Source of the DNA: the human T2T-CHM13v2.0 reference genome, Homo sapiens
Strand: one strand, 5' to 3'
Assembly (NCBI RefSeq): GCF_009914755.1
Contig: NC_060928.1
Length of the DNA stretch: 64,000 nt
Positions 29,072-44,559 of this stretch are shown piece by piece. The notes below the pieces were generated by a model. The model was given only the letters and a program-made list of their open reading frames with translations. It was not told the DNA's origin and ran no database searches. Position numbers and translations under genes: made by a program. Within the stretch, counting starts at the first letter, position 1; each line of letters opens with the position of its first letter.

Positions 29072-29685
29072 TCACCAAGGCTTGTTAAGCAAAAACCAAA
29101 GGGACACCAAGAAGTTATGCTGGAAGGGAGGAGGGCAAGTCCAGAAATACAATTGAGGTGGTGGCATTGTGAGAAGCTATTATGTTCCTGCTAGTGAAAG
29201 AGAAATTTAATAAAAAAAATTAAGAAAGAGAGTATAGTAGAGGAGAAAGAAAGAAGAAATATAAAAAAAGAAACTGCTATGAACAACTTCATATGACTGT
29301 TCCTGGAAAATCAGAAGAAATAGATTTTTAAAGGCAAAATATGTTTTCAAAGTTTTATGTAAGGAGAAGTGGAATATCTACAACCATAAAAAAATAGCAC
29401 AAGGCATTTTAAAGGTGAGTTTTAATGCATCTTTAAGTAGCAGAAAATCTCCACCTCACTTAAACTTTCGGAGGATAGAAAACAAAGCTGCTGACTCATC
29501 TGAGGAGGCCTATATACCCTGACATCAAACCTGCGTTTTGTGGAAGAACAGACAAATTAGGATCAGATCCACACACACATATATCAATTCTTAAGTGAAG
29601 AATCAGCAAATTAAATCCAGCAGAATATACGAAAATACATTATGTAAAAGCAAGATTTACCCTAGGAATATAAAGTCATTTTAGC

Positions 29686-29979
<294 letters not shown>

Positions 29980-30304
29980 TTAGCAAAAATTACATCTACG
30001 CTGTACATGAAACTCCTAGATGGATTGAAAAAAATTTTTTTAATGAGGAAAACAAAATGATTAGAAGAAAATATATGAAGCCTGGTCTGGAACCTCAGGG
30101 TAGGAAAATTCTGAGTTGGGGTACAAACAGAATAACTCATACGAGAGAGTGATGGATTCAATTACACCAAGCTCTAATTCGTGGAACAAAAGACACAATT
30201 GAAGATAAACATCAAGCCACAGACAGAAGAAGACATTTATAGCATATAGAACAGACAGAAGATTAATGTCCAGAACACAGCTTATAAATTACTGCTACAG
30301 CTCA

Positions 30305-30850
<546 letters not shown>

Positions 30851-31198
30851 TATTTTGAAACAAAAATATTTCTTTAAAAAAATAATAAAACCATTGGGAA
30901 TAGCCCATGTGCCTATCAGATGGAATGGATAAATTAAAGGGAGTTGTCTCTACAGGAAGAAATGCTACAGTGAAGTTAAAATAAAATGTTCATTTTACAT
31001 AAATTTTTAGACCTACAATGCAATACTGTTGATTATTTACAAATGCCTACATACGTAGACTAGAAAAGCAAACTGCAATGAGAAAGAGCATTTAGAATAC
31101 ACAGCAGTGGCCTTGGGGGTGGACAGAGGAGAATGGGCAAAGGCCATTTTAACTTTACCTGTGACTTTTATTGCCTTCATTTCAAAACGTGAAAATAT

Positions 31199-31515
31199 GG
31201 CCAGGTGCAGTGGCTCTCTCCTGTAATCCCAGCATTTTGGGAGGATGAAGTGGGAGGATCATTTGAACTCAGCAGTTTGAAACCAGCCTGGGCAACATAG
31301 CGAGACCCCATCTCTACAAAAAATAAACAAAAATTAGCTGGGTGTTGTGGTATGTGCCTGTAGTTCCAGCTACTCAGGAGGCTGAGGTTGGAGGATCGCT
31401 TGAGGCCAGGAGGTAGAGTCTGCAGTGAGTCATGACCGTGCCACTGCACTGCAGCCTGGGTGACAGAGTGAGACCTTGTCTCGAAGAAGAAGAAAAAAAC
31501 CCAAACAAACAAAAA
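31199..31515 (+). mobile_element. Alu SINE (AluJo-like)
   Basis: GGCAACATAGCGAGACCCC, GGAGGATCGCTTGAGGCC. Confidence 0.92.
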
Positions 31516-34511
31516 CTCATGAAAATAAAAATGACAAAATGTGAACATTTGTTGATCCTGGAAGTTGGGAACCTGGGTGGAATTTTTTCTCTGTACTCTT
31601 TTGTGTTTTTAAAATTAAAAATATATATACTGAAAGAAAAAGGGCAGCAGGGATGAGAACAGAGGTGGGGAGGAGAGGAGGGGGAGAGGGGCCGGCCTTC
31701 GAGGGCACCTGGGCTTCCCGCGCCCTCCTGGGGCCGTGACTCACCAGGCCGCCCAGCTGGTGGCTCCACGCGGTTCTCGGGTATTGATCGGAGATTTCAC
31801 TCTCTGGCCACAAGCTCCCTGGTTGATATCTGCAGCAGTAGCTCGGATCATGAGAATTGCCACAGCCTAGTGTAAGCCAGGCAGGCTGTGCAGAGAGCAA
31901 AGCAGAAAAGAAGTTGGACTGGGAGCTGCAAGCCTGCTCCCGGGCCCAGCTGCACCTCAGACTTTCTCTGTGGCTTTTGTCACAGACCCTTTGTCACCCA
32001 CGTACTGGCAAGGAGGGTCTGGCTGACTCTAAGGACGATTCTGAGGCCCCTTCATCACTGCATGCATCATTAGGAAGCTGAAGAAGACCTCCTGGGAAGG
32101 GCGCATCCACTTGGGGTATTTAGGGATGCGTAGGAGTTTGCAAGACAAAGCAAAGAAGGTCACTCCAATCTGAGGGAAAAGCATAGACAAGGAACTTAAG
32201 GCAAGAAAGGCCCAGCAAGCTCAGGTGGCTGCGAACACCCCTCTTTGGCTACCCTATCCCCGTGGATGCTCACTACCTCCCACCTGTGATGCTGGCATCT
32301 GTTACCTCTAGAGAGAACCAGCTTGGTAACTGTCAGGAAACCTCACCTGAGACACCATCTACAACCTCTATTTTTAACCATCTCCCCAGCCCCAAAGAGG
32401 TGGGGGGCATTTGGGATGGTGCAGCCCCTTCTGAATCCTGCATGGTTTTCACTCTGGGCTCCAGTATGAGAGAATAACAAAGATATCCACTTCCCAGAGA
32501 TATACGGCTGCTGCCAATGACAGCAAAACCAATGCTGCCTCCTCCATTATCATTCTGGGCCAAATCAATATCAAAACAACCGAAGTCTAGACGCATAAAT
32601 GTCAAACTATTTAACAAGAAGCAGTTAGTGCAGAAAAAACACTTAAATAGCAATTGAGGGGGTCTGATGAGCCTTAAAGTAACTTAGGAGGATTTATGGA
32701 AGATAAAAACCGTTTAACTAAGCCTAGAGCCGAGCCCCTGGTGGCCTAGCATGGGAGGCCATGCTGTATCCTCTCTGCTAGGCTGCCGAACCGGCTGCTT
32801 GGTCAGAGAAAAGGGGCCCTTGTTCTTCTGGTCATTTCTGCCCCAGTCTGTGCTTCAGGTTGTGTTTTTATTAATGATAGTATAACGTGATGTGTGGACC
32901 ACACAGTGCCAGGCTGCAGAGAGGGAACCACAGCTCTGCGTTTCAGTTACTGAGCACCCTCCCATCCATTCTGTTTAAATATAGCAATAGCTGTGATGTA
33001 TTGAGGGGCCACCATGTTCCAGGCACACACATGACCGCATGTGATCTTCCCTGCCTGCCACGAGTTGGGGTTTTCATCTCTGAGTTGATGGAGAGGAAGT
33101 GGGTGCCCCGAGTTGTTGCTGAAGGTCACTGCTGGGTTCACATCCAGATCCCTCTGCCCCAGAGCCTCTGCTCTGCCTGCCTGGCTGTGCCTCTGTATCC
33201 AGATGAAGCCCGGTGCTGACCTGCTCCTTCGGCTCCGCTGATCCAGTCGGTCCCCAGGGATGGGGGGGCTTTGACTGTCCCCAGGGAGGGAGGGAGGTGG
33301 GCTCCCATGGGGACCCATCTCAAGTGCCCTAAACTGCCCCCTTGCTATTTATGGGATCAATGGTGGCTTCTTAATTGTTGGTAATGACTTCAGGCCCATC
33401 CAATTATTACTGCACTTAACAAGAGTCTGTAAATCACCTTCAGTCTAATAAGATTGGAATTTGAAAGTGACTCAGGTTTCCATGGACTGCACGCCACCCC
33501 TCCTCCCACCTGCTCCCATGGTGAATCAATGCTATCCTTCAGAAAGACCTCCTGCAAGCAATGCCACAATCTTCAGGATGCATAGCTGACTTCCACAGTC
33601 ACGACCGAAGTCCTCTCTAACGGAGCTAAGGCCAAGCGTGGCAGCTCCCCATGCAGTTCCTCCTACCGCGACCTGCTTGCTGCATCTTTTTTGGAGCGAC
33701 CACAACCTCTGGTCCCTTCTGCCTGCTGCCAAAGCCTCGGACTGAAATCCAGGCTGCAGCCTCCATGGCTTGTGGCCACCCCGTGATTGGGCTGTGGCTC
33801 TGCCTGCTCACCACTGGACTGGGGAGCCCTCTTGGGGTAGGCACAACACCCCGTATACGGTAGGTGCTCAATGAATACATTCTGATGAATAAAGGGATTT
33901 TTGTTTCTTTGAAGTTAAAGGACCTCCTTCTGGCAATGTAACAATCTAGATGTCTGGAGAAAATAGCCCATTTCAGAACAATTCAAAAAGTTGGATGAAA
34001 TAAATTTGCATTATACACATATTTTATATGTTTCATGTAAAATTTTTAAGATACGCATCTGACTAGCAGAAAAGAAAGAGAAACCCTCGGTGGTCAAAAA
34101 TGATGAGAAATGTAATTCTGAGAACTGGACAAACACAGAAGATGGGGTTCATGGGGAGCTCTCTCCCGCCTCTGGGGACCTAGAGCAGGGCTTCAAGGGG
34201 CCCATGCAATTGGGGGACAGGAAACAGACTCAGGGCGAAGCAACTCGTAGGTTGGGACAGAAACCCCTACATAAGCCAAGACTTCTGAAGTGGCATGAGG
34301 AAGACATCCACCCCGCAGAGGGAGACAGTGAGCCCTGAGGAGAACAGAAAAAACCCTCCACTGGGAATTCCTCCCCACCCGGGTCCACCCCCGTGAGGAC
34401 CCCAAATCACACTGCTCATGTGCCCATTCCTCAGCCCCCTCCACTCCAAAAAAAAGGAAAGGTGAAAGGCTGAAAGTGGTCCTAGGATACTGGTGGCTCC
34501 AGGTGAAGTAA

Positions 34512-35162
<651 letters not shown>

Positions 35163-35437
35163 TAAATAATTTCTGCAGAGTAACTTACAATTAAGATAAA
35201 ATTACAATTAAAAATTAACATCTGTGGAGAAGTCACAAAATTTAAAATCTGTAGAATTAGGTCCATGAAGACTGTGACAATAGAATTAGCAGATAAAGAA
35301 TAAATATGTTTTATATATTTAAACAGTTAAAAGGTGATGTTGACAGTTTAGCCAAGGAGAAGAGCTATCAAAGTTGACTAATCTTACTATCATACTGGTC
35401 TTTAAGAAAAGAAGAAAAAAAAGGTTGACTACACTGA

Positions 35438-35724
35438 TTTATTATTTTTTGGAGACACAGTTTCACTTGGTTGCCAAGGCTGGTGTGCAGTGGTGTAATC
35501 ATGGCTCACTGCAACGTCAAACTCCTGAGTTCAAGCAATCCTCACACCTCAGCCTCCTGAGTAGCTAGAACTCCAGGGAACATCACTATGCCTGGCTACT
35601 TGTTTTAAGAGATGGAGTCTCACTATGTTGTCCAGGCGGGTCTCAAACTCTTGGACTCAAGCCATTCTTCTGCCTTAGCCTCCCAAAGTGCTGGGATTAC
35701 ATGCGCAAACTACCATGCTCAGTT
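35438..35724 (-). mobile_element. Alu SINE (AluJ-like)
   Basis: ATCATGGCTCACTGCAACG, CTCACTATGTTGTCCAGG. Confidence 0.9.
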
Positions 35725-37343
35725 ATCTAATCTGATTTGAAAGAACAAATATGAAACTCTAGCAGTAAAAAATATAAAAATTGAACTTAGACAATTAACC
35801 AACAGAGTTGATACGGCTAAAGAAAAAGTTAGTGAAAGGCAAAAGAGACATGTAGAAATCATCCAGGCTGTGACACAGAAGACAGTGACATAGAAAATAT
35901 GAAAGAGAAGTCAAAAGCACAGAGAAAAGTGTGAGAGGCTCTATAAACATCAGAGCTTGGAGCCTCAAAAGAAGAGAATGGAGGGAGTGGAGAAGAGAAC
36001 ATCATTGAAATAATCAGACAAAGGTAAAATGCCCAATTAAAAGATAAAGATCAGATGGGATAAAAAATCTGTGTTAATGAAAGACACATTTACAACATAA
36101 GGACAGAGAAGACTGAAAGAAACATGATGAAAAAAGTCCCTAAGGAGATATTAGTTTTAAAAAAAACCCTGGAATATCTATAATAATATCAACTGAATAG
36201 ACTTAAAGTAAAAGCATGGCTACAGATAGAATTATTGAATTTACATAAATGTTTCAATTTGACTGTAATTCTAAACTTGTTTACACTTAATAACTTCAAA
36301 ATATATAAAGCAAACTTTGTCAAGCTACAAGAAGAACTGCAAAACAATTGAACAAATCCTGTCATAGAGGGATATTTTAAAACACGTTTTGTAGTGACTG
36401 AAGTAAGGAGACAAAAAGTTATCATGATGGTGTAGAGTAGCTTTACAACACAATTAAGCTTCATATAATAAGCGTGTAGTGAAAGCTGCGCCCGGCAACG
36501 GGAGGGTTCACATACTTCTCAAATGCCCATGAAAACATATTAAAAAATAATACTAGGGCATAAATCAAGCAAGCAACAACGGATTTCAAAGAATGGTTAT
36601 CAAAGAGACCACATTCTCTGCCCACAATGCAAGTAAATTAACATCAATAAAACATCATACATGGTGAAACTTTAAAGCACACTTATAATTACCTCATAAG
36701 CCAAAAAAGAGATTATGAAAACTGAGCATATTAGAAAAGAATGACAGCAAAAATAATAAACATCAAAATTTGTAGGGAGCATCTATAAGCAGTACTTAGG
36801 AAAAAATGTATAACCTGAAGCTCTTATGTTAGAAAAAAATGTTTAAAATTAATTATCTAAGTAAACCCAAAGAAAAGAAGTCACGAAGATAAGAATAAAA
36901 ATAATAAAAGAATAGAATGAGCAAATTTATAGCACAAAATAAGAAAATGTAGATGAGATGCCCAGATTTTTAGAAAAATATAAGTGCCAAACCTGAGTTA
37001 AGAAGAAATAGGACAATGAAATGATCTCATAAGCATTAAGGAAATTGAATCAACAATTTAAAATCTTTCCAGAAAGAAAACATAAGTCCCAGTGTTTACA
37101 GGTAAGTATAATCTAACATTCAAAGAACAAATAACCCCCATCTTTCACAAATTCTTTGAGATAATAGAAAAATAAACATATTCCAGCTCATTTTTGACCT
37201 AAAAATTAGATCCAGTAAGGCAACCTCACTCTTGAACATAGATGTAAAAATCCAACAAAAAATACAAGCAAACCAAGTTATGTAGTACATAAAAGATAAG
37301 AAGTCATGATTACTTGGTGTTTATTCCAAGAAAGTAATATTCT

Positions 37344-37638
37344 TGATTTTTTAAAAATGTTGAGACAGAGTCTTACTCTGTCATCCAGGTTGGAGTGCAG
37401 TGGTGCAATCTTGGCCCACTGCAACCTCTGCCTCCTGGGTTCAAGTGATTCTCACGCCTCAGCCACCTGAGTAGCTGGAATTACATGGCGCACACCACCA
37501 TGCCCAGCTAATTTTTTTGTATGGGTTAGTAGACATGGGGTTTTGCCATATTGGCCAGGCTGATCTCAATCTTGTGGCCTCAGGTGATCCACCCACCTTG
37601 GCTTCCCAAAGTTCAGGTGTGAGCCACTGCACCCAACC
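37344..37638 (-). mobile_element. Alu SINE (AluS-like)
   Basis: Reverse dimer, TSD-like AATATTCTT on both sides. Confidence 0.92.
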
Positions 37639-38477
37639 AACAATATTCTTCCATGAGAAATGTTGTTAACATAATTCATTACCTAGTTAAAAAGAGAAAA
37701 AGTATATGGTCGTCTCAATAGATAGGGAAAAAAATCCATAAAAATTTACGATGAAAATCCATTAAGAAAACTTGCTATATTAGTAACTAGGGTTAGAATG
37801 AAACTTCTATAACCTGATAAAGAGTATCTACACAACAAAAACAAAGAAATTCTACTTCAAACATTATACTTAATGATGAAATGATAAATCCCTTTAAAAT
37901 CAGATTCAAAACAGATTCCCAAGTGCTATTCACCTTGTACTGCAACTATTAACCAATGCAATAAGACAAAGAAATAAGCAGTATAACAATTTCAAAGGAA
38001 GAAGTAGAACTGTCATTATTTTCCTGATTTTTTTTTACACAGAAAAACCTAAAACAATCTAAGAGAATCTTCCAGAATTGATGACAGAATCTAGCTGTTT
38101 CTAGATTTAATATCAATAAACTAAAGCCAACCGCATTTATATTTCAATAGTAGTTAGAATATGTAATTAAGATATTATTTATAATAGCAATGAAAACAAA
38201 GTGTACAGGAATACATCTAACAAAAAATGTATGGACTCATCAGGTGCAAAATCATAGAAATAAATACTACTGGAAAATAGCTATGAAGACCTAATGGAGA
38301 GCTGGATCATGTGTGTGGATGAGAAGCTTCAATATCACAAAGAGGTCAATTATTACCCAATTAATCTATAGCTTAAACACAACTCCAAATTCCTGACAGA
38401 TTTTTAAAAAATAAAACCTCGTAAGCTCATTCTAAAATTTAAATGGAATAGCAAAAGGCCACAATTACTCAAGACAC

Positions 38478-38821
38478 TGATATGGTTTTGCTGTGTCCCC
38501 ACCCAAATCTCATCTTGAATTCCCATGTGTTGTGGGAGGGATCCAGTGGGAGGTAATTGAATCATGGAGGCAGGTCTTTCTTGTGCTGTTCTCGTGATAG
38601 TGAATAAGTCTCATAAGATCTGATGGTTTTAAAAAGGAGAGTTTTCCTTCACAAGCCCTCTTCTCTTGTCTGCCACCATGTGAGACATGCCTTTTACCTT
38701 CTGCCATGATTGTGAGGCCCCCACAGCCAGGTGGAACTGTAAATCCATTAAACCTCTTTCTTTGGTAAATTGCCTAGTCTTGAGTATGTCTTTATCAGCA
38801 GTATGAAAATGGACTAATACA
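38478..38821 (+). mobile_element. THE1 solo LTR (THE1B/C-like)
   Basis: TGATATGGTTTTGCTGTGTCCCCACCCAAATCTC...GGACTAATACA with perfect 5-bp TSD GACAC. Confidence 0.95.
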
Positions 38822-39089
38822 GACACTTATGAAGAAGAAGGTGAGGGTGGAAGGAATTCGCCCTACTAGATATCAAGAACTATGAAAAATCTAGACTAAT
38901 AATGGTGGTGTGATATTTGCACATAGGTAGATGATAGTTAAATGCAGTGTTAAGATACAGACCTCCCTGTGTGTGATAACAACTTATGATACTGTACTGG
39001 TGGGATGTAAATGGATAGAACTACTTCTCAGCCTACCCCAGATCTATGGACTCAGAAATTCCAGAAGTGGAGCCCAGCAGCCTGTGGCT

Positions 39090-39560
39090 GCCCTTTCCAG
39101 AGCAGTCTCTGGGGTAATGGTAAAGCCAGGAGACCAGGGAGGAGGCTTTGGAATGATCTCGCTGAGCGACTGTGGTGGATCAGCTGGGGAAGAGCAGAGG
39201 AGAAGGTGGGAGGGGAAGGCTTTTGAAGGCTGAGCTCCAGGACTTATTGGCAGCTTGGATGTGGGATGGGAGGACAAGATAGACTTCGTGGTGACTCTGG
39301 GATTTATGTTCTGTACATCGGGAAGGATGGCAGAGGGCTGCAGGTTTAACAGGACTAGGGAGGCTGGGAGCTCAGTTTCGGACCCACGGGTGATAATGTC
39401 TGTTGGGCACGTGGACAGCTGCCCTGTGGATTGGGAATCTTTGGCTAAAAATCAGTGAGACCACCCAGAAATGCTCCTCCAGATAGGACCAAGGACAGAG
39501 CTCAGGAGAAGAGGCAGAGCCAGCAAGGACCTGAGGCAGGAGGACTAGAGAGCTGGAACC
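39090..39560 (-). mobile_element. L2 remnant
   Basis: Purine-rich decayed blocks (GGAGACCAGGGAGGAGGCT, TTGGATGTGGG, GAGCTCAGTTTCGGAC). Confidence 0.5.
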
Positions 39561-39943
39561 CTGCACCAGGGCAGACGAGAGGCCACATCACATGGACACG
39601 GTGGAGGCTTGTCCAGGGCAGTTCCTGGGAGTGGCTGGAGGGAGCCCACCTGGGCAGGAGAGAAATCAGAGGCAGGGACTTCAGGTGTCACTGTAGAGAG
39701 AAGCGGAGAAATGAAGTCGGAGCTGAGGGCAGCAGGTGGGAGGAGGGGCTGTCCAGTGGGGAGAGGGGATAAAGGGAGGATGGTGCCAAGATGCTGTGCT
39801 CTTTGATGCTGGGGACCAGGCTGGGTCTCAGCATTCGCCAACAACTCCCAGCAACATTCCCAGCAGCTAGGGATGGGAGTGGGGGGAGTGGGGGAGGGTG
39901 AAAGGGGTGGGCACCACCAGGTAAGGGGATCTAGGGAGCAGCT

Positions 39944-40112
39944 CAGTGGGGTCTCTGAAGTTGCAGAGCCAGGATCACCCAGGCACTTGTTGAAAATGCA
40001 AATTCCCAAGTTTGGCCCCAGACCTGCTGCCTTGGAAACTCCTGAGTTGGGACCCAGCAGTTGATGCTTTATGCACCTTTGCAGTGAGGCTCCCCAGGTT
40101 TGAGAAGCTCTG
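39944..40112. mobile_element. MER5A-like hAT fossil
   Basis: CAGTGG...ATCACC...CTTGTTGAAAATGCAAATTCC...AGGTTTGAGAAGCTCTG. Confidence 0.7.
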
Positions 40113-40259
40113 CACTGCAGGATTGATTGCCCAGGACCCCCTGTCACACCTCAGCCTCGGTCACTTCACAGGTGGGTGTCGGAGGCCAGGGAGTCTCAGG
40201 CAGCCCTTCACGCTGCTCACCTGCCAGAAGCTGCCTGCTCTGCTGGCTCCTAGCCCAGG

Positions 40260-40690
40260 TGCGTTAGTGTCCTCGGCCGCTGTAACAGGGGACTACACTC
40301 TGGGGGCTTAAGTCCAGATAGATTCTCTCACGGTTCTAGAGGCCTGAAGTCCAAAGTCAGGGTGTCGGCAGGACCTTGCCCCCTCCAAAGGCTCTGGGGG
40401 AGGCTCCTTCCTGCCTCTTCCAGCTTCTGGTGGCCCCGGATGTTCTCTGGCCTGTGGCCACATTGCTCCAGCCTCCTCTTCTGTGCATCTTATCTCTGTG
40501 CATCTGTGTCTCTTCTCCTCCTCTTCTGAGGACACCAGTCATTAGATTTAGGGTCCACCTGCTTAGTCCAGGATGATCTCATCCCTTGACTCTGACCTTA
40601 ATTATATCTGCAAAGACGCTATTTGCAAATAAGGTCACATTCTGAGGCTCTGGGGGACATGAATTTGGGGGCCACTATTCAATCCACCAC
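40260..40690 (-). mobile_element. MaLR LTR (MLT1B-like)
   Basis: CTCTCACGGTTCTAGAGGCC, ATCTGCAAAGACGCTATTTGCAAATAAGGTCACATTC. Confidence 0.87.
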
Positions 40691-40736
40691 CCCAGTTCTC
40701 CTCTTACCACGGTATTGATTTCATGAAAATATGTCA

Positions 40737-41327
<591 letters not shown>

Positions 41328-41371
41328 CTAAACCAGCAACAGCATTTTAGGGTTTGTCTTGAATGTGAAGA

Positions 41372-41655
41372 CAGAGCCAGCCCCTCGTATCTGCGGGTTT
41401 TGCTTTGCGGATTCAACCAACTGTGGATCCAAAATACCTGACAAAATAATTAAGAATTATAATACAATACAATATATAAATAAAACTCCAACAGCTGTTT
41501 ACATAACATTTACGTTATATTAGGTAGTATAAGTCATCCAGAGATGATTTCAAGGATGTGGGAAGACTTGTATGTTCCATGCAAATACTATGCCATTTTA
41601 CGTCAGGGATTTGAGCATCCTTGGATTTGAGTGTCCTTGGAAGTCCTGGAGTCCA
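41372..41655 (-). mobile_element. MER2-like TcMar/Tigger fossil
   Basis: GGATTCAACCAACTGTGGATC, GCAAATACTATGCCATTTTA, GGGATTTGAGCATCC. Confidence 0.8.
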
Positions 41656-43156
41656 CCACCAGGCATTCAATGCATACCCCATAAATGCCAACTGTCCCTC
41701 AAATCACTCATGTTTCTTGATTGATCCCAGCAGAGAAATGCGGTATCTTGGAGCTTGGGAGGCTACAGCTGGAAGGGACATCAGACACCACAGTGTCCAT
41801 ACCCTGATGGGTGGGTGGGCACCGAGGTGTTCCCATCAAATCCCTGTGATGAGCGGAGATGCTTCTTGCATGGAGAGGGGGCAGAGGCAGGAAGCAAGCT
41901 TGTTTCAAAGCACACTTTGCCCACCCATTCCAGGAACAACCTGTCAGAGATTGATTGTGGGGATGACGCTGAGGAACCGGCTGCTCCCGGTCCTGCTCAG
42001 CTGCTACCTGGGCCACCCGTCCCGCCCCTGCTCTGAGCTATTCTGGTCACCAGCATCACCTTTCTCGTCAGAAAGAAAAGACGCTTGCCTACATTTAGAA
42101 GCTTTTCTGGGAAGAGAAGGCACAGGGTGACAGTCAGGGGAGGATGACGGGAACATCCCCAGACCCACCACCTCCCCGGCCACACCGCAGACGCTCACAC
42201 AGCTCATGCTGGAGAGATGGGAGGGCGGAGGCACAGTCTCCTCTGCCAGCTTCTTCTGGGAAAGGGGCGAGAACCCGTGGGGTGGGGCCCTGTGGGGGTG
42301 AAGCAGTGAGCCCAGCCTGAAGGAGGCCAGCACAGGCCCCCAGATAAGATGAAGTGGGTGTGTTTATGCTCCTTCTGTAACTGAATATCCCCAGCTCAGA
42401 GAGGGTGGGGACGCACCTACAGTCACACAGCGGATGCGAGGAGGAACCTGGATGGCAACCGGGTCCCTGCTTAAGCCTCTGTTTCCAGCCCCTCTTCTCT
42501 CTGCAAAACAGGGAGGTTATTTCTCCTGTTGACTGCCTCAGGGTGCACGGCCAAGGTCTCTGCTCTACAGCCAGCTTGGGGTCCTGTCTCTACCTCTGGC
42601 GGTGGATGTTCAGAGGAAGAGAGGGGAGAAACCTGCCAGGCCACAGCTGGGGAGAGCCTCAGCTTCCAGATTCACCAAAGGAGCTTCCAGATTTGCCAAG
42701 GGAGCTTTGGCTGCAACAGGCATGATGGAGCTGTCTTTGGGTCAGGTATAAAGCTGAGCCCCTGTCCCTGTCCCCGTGTTCTTCTCACAGTGCAGGAGCT
42801 CTTGCCAGGGGTTGGGTCTGGTCCTGCAGTCCCTATGCAGTTACCTCCTCAGTCAGATGACCTCAAGGTCCCTCTCTGCACTGCTGTTTTCAGATTCATC
42901 AAATGCCTCCCATTCGATTTCCCTCCCAATGAGGGGGTCAGAACTTACTGCCTGAACCCCATATCCTCTGAGAAAAGAGAATGGCACTGTCTGATGAATC
43001 CTGGGACCGCCAGAGTAGATCAGGACACAGCAAGAACCAGGAAGGATCTTCCCCTCTCTGGTGAGGGCTGTTGAGGGCACCGGGCTGGAGAGGGGCGCTG
43101 CGGGGCTGAAGTCACTGGGAGCTGTCCCCGGTGCTGACCTCAGTCTGCTTCTCAGC

Positions 43157-43378
43157 CAACCAGGCACCACCGGCCCAAAGGCTGACCCAGTCTGACCTAA
43201 CCAGGCACCGCCCACACCTAAGGCTGACCTAATCTCTGTCCTAACCAGACACCGCCAGCCCAAAGGCTGACCCAGTCTCCATCCTAACCAGACACCGCTC
43301 ACCCCTAAGGCTGACCCAGTCTCTGTCCTAACCAGACACCGCTTGCCCCTAAGGCTGAGCCAGTCTCTGTCCTAAGCA
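43157..43378. repeat. 42-44-bp minisatellite, about 5 copies
   Basis: AAGGCTGA at 43178, 43220, 43263, 43307, 43351; AACCAG(G/A)CACC recurs between them. Confidence 0.93.
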
Positions 43379-44559
43379 GTCTTCCGGGCTTTCCCATGTC
43401 TCTCGCCAGATCTGATTCCCATTTATAACTTTTCACTTCCCTTGTCCAACATCATTCACCAACAGGCACTGTCATCAGCCACAGCATTAGCTTGCATAAA
43501 ACATAGAGAAATTGGATTTGGCCCTGCCCTCAGAGAGCTCACATTCAGCAGGGGAGACAGAGAGGTGGGGGAATTGCTCTCCTGGGCTGCCAAGGGTTTG
43601 GAGCTTTGAGGGAGATAGGAGGAGTAACTTACGCAGGCGCCCTGGCCCTGGCCGCTCAACAGTAGTTGCTGCGTACTTGCTGCACCAGGCTTGGTCCATC
43701 TGTGGAAGCTGCTCAGGAGCTGTAGGCTGGCTTTACTCAATGCTACTTACGAATTTTTAAAAATTTGAATTTCAATGTTTGGTCTGAGGCCAAAGGTCCG
43801 TTTCCACCCCCAGAGGTGCAGCCGATCTTGGGCCGACTCCCCAAGCCTTGGCCTCCTTCTCTGTGGAACAACAGACCCCGATCTGTCTACTTTGGAGTAC
43901 TGTAGGAAGATCAAATATGATCATACACAAGAAGCACTTGGAAAATAGTGAAGTCCTGTGTAAGGGTTAATATTAGTTTTTAGTCAAGAAGTAAAACCTT
44001 GTGTACCAAATAATTCCAACAAAATATATTCAACATGTGTGTAGCACACCAGTTCTTCCACTCCTTCATCCAGGTTCTCAGATCTGGTCCCATCAATGAC
44101 CTCTCTGCCAATCATGTCCCTCATAAGCCTTAGACTCCCATCTCTGGCCCTGGGAAAATAGCATATTACCCGCAGAGGCGCTGGAGGGATACATGGTAGA
44201 AATCGTTGTCTGTTCCTGGGAACCCCTGCCTCACCTCTTCAGTGATTCCCACAGCCTCTGAACTCATCCCCTGGCCTTTATCCTCCCTCCCCTACAACCT
44301 ATTCTGCACAGAATGGTCAAGGATGCCTCCTCCAACATAAGTCAGACCCCAACATTGAGCATCTAGCAGCTCCCGCGGGACTCAGGGCAGGATTCGAAGT
44401 CCTCACCGCACCCGCCTGCCAGGCCCTTGAGCTCCGCAGTGCCTCTTTCCTGACCGCGCCGCCTCTCATTCTCCTCCCCTCTGAGGGCGCTGCACACACA
44501 GTCAAACCTGTGGGCAAGGAAGGTGTCATGGGCGTGAAGGCCACATCAGAAAGACTCAG

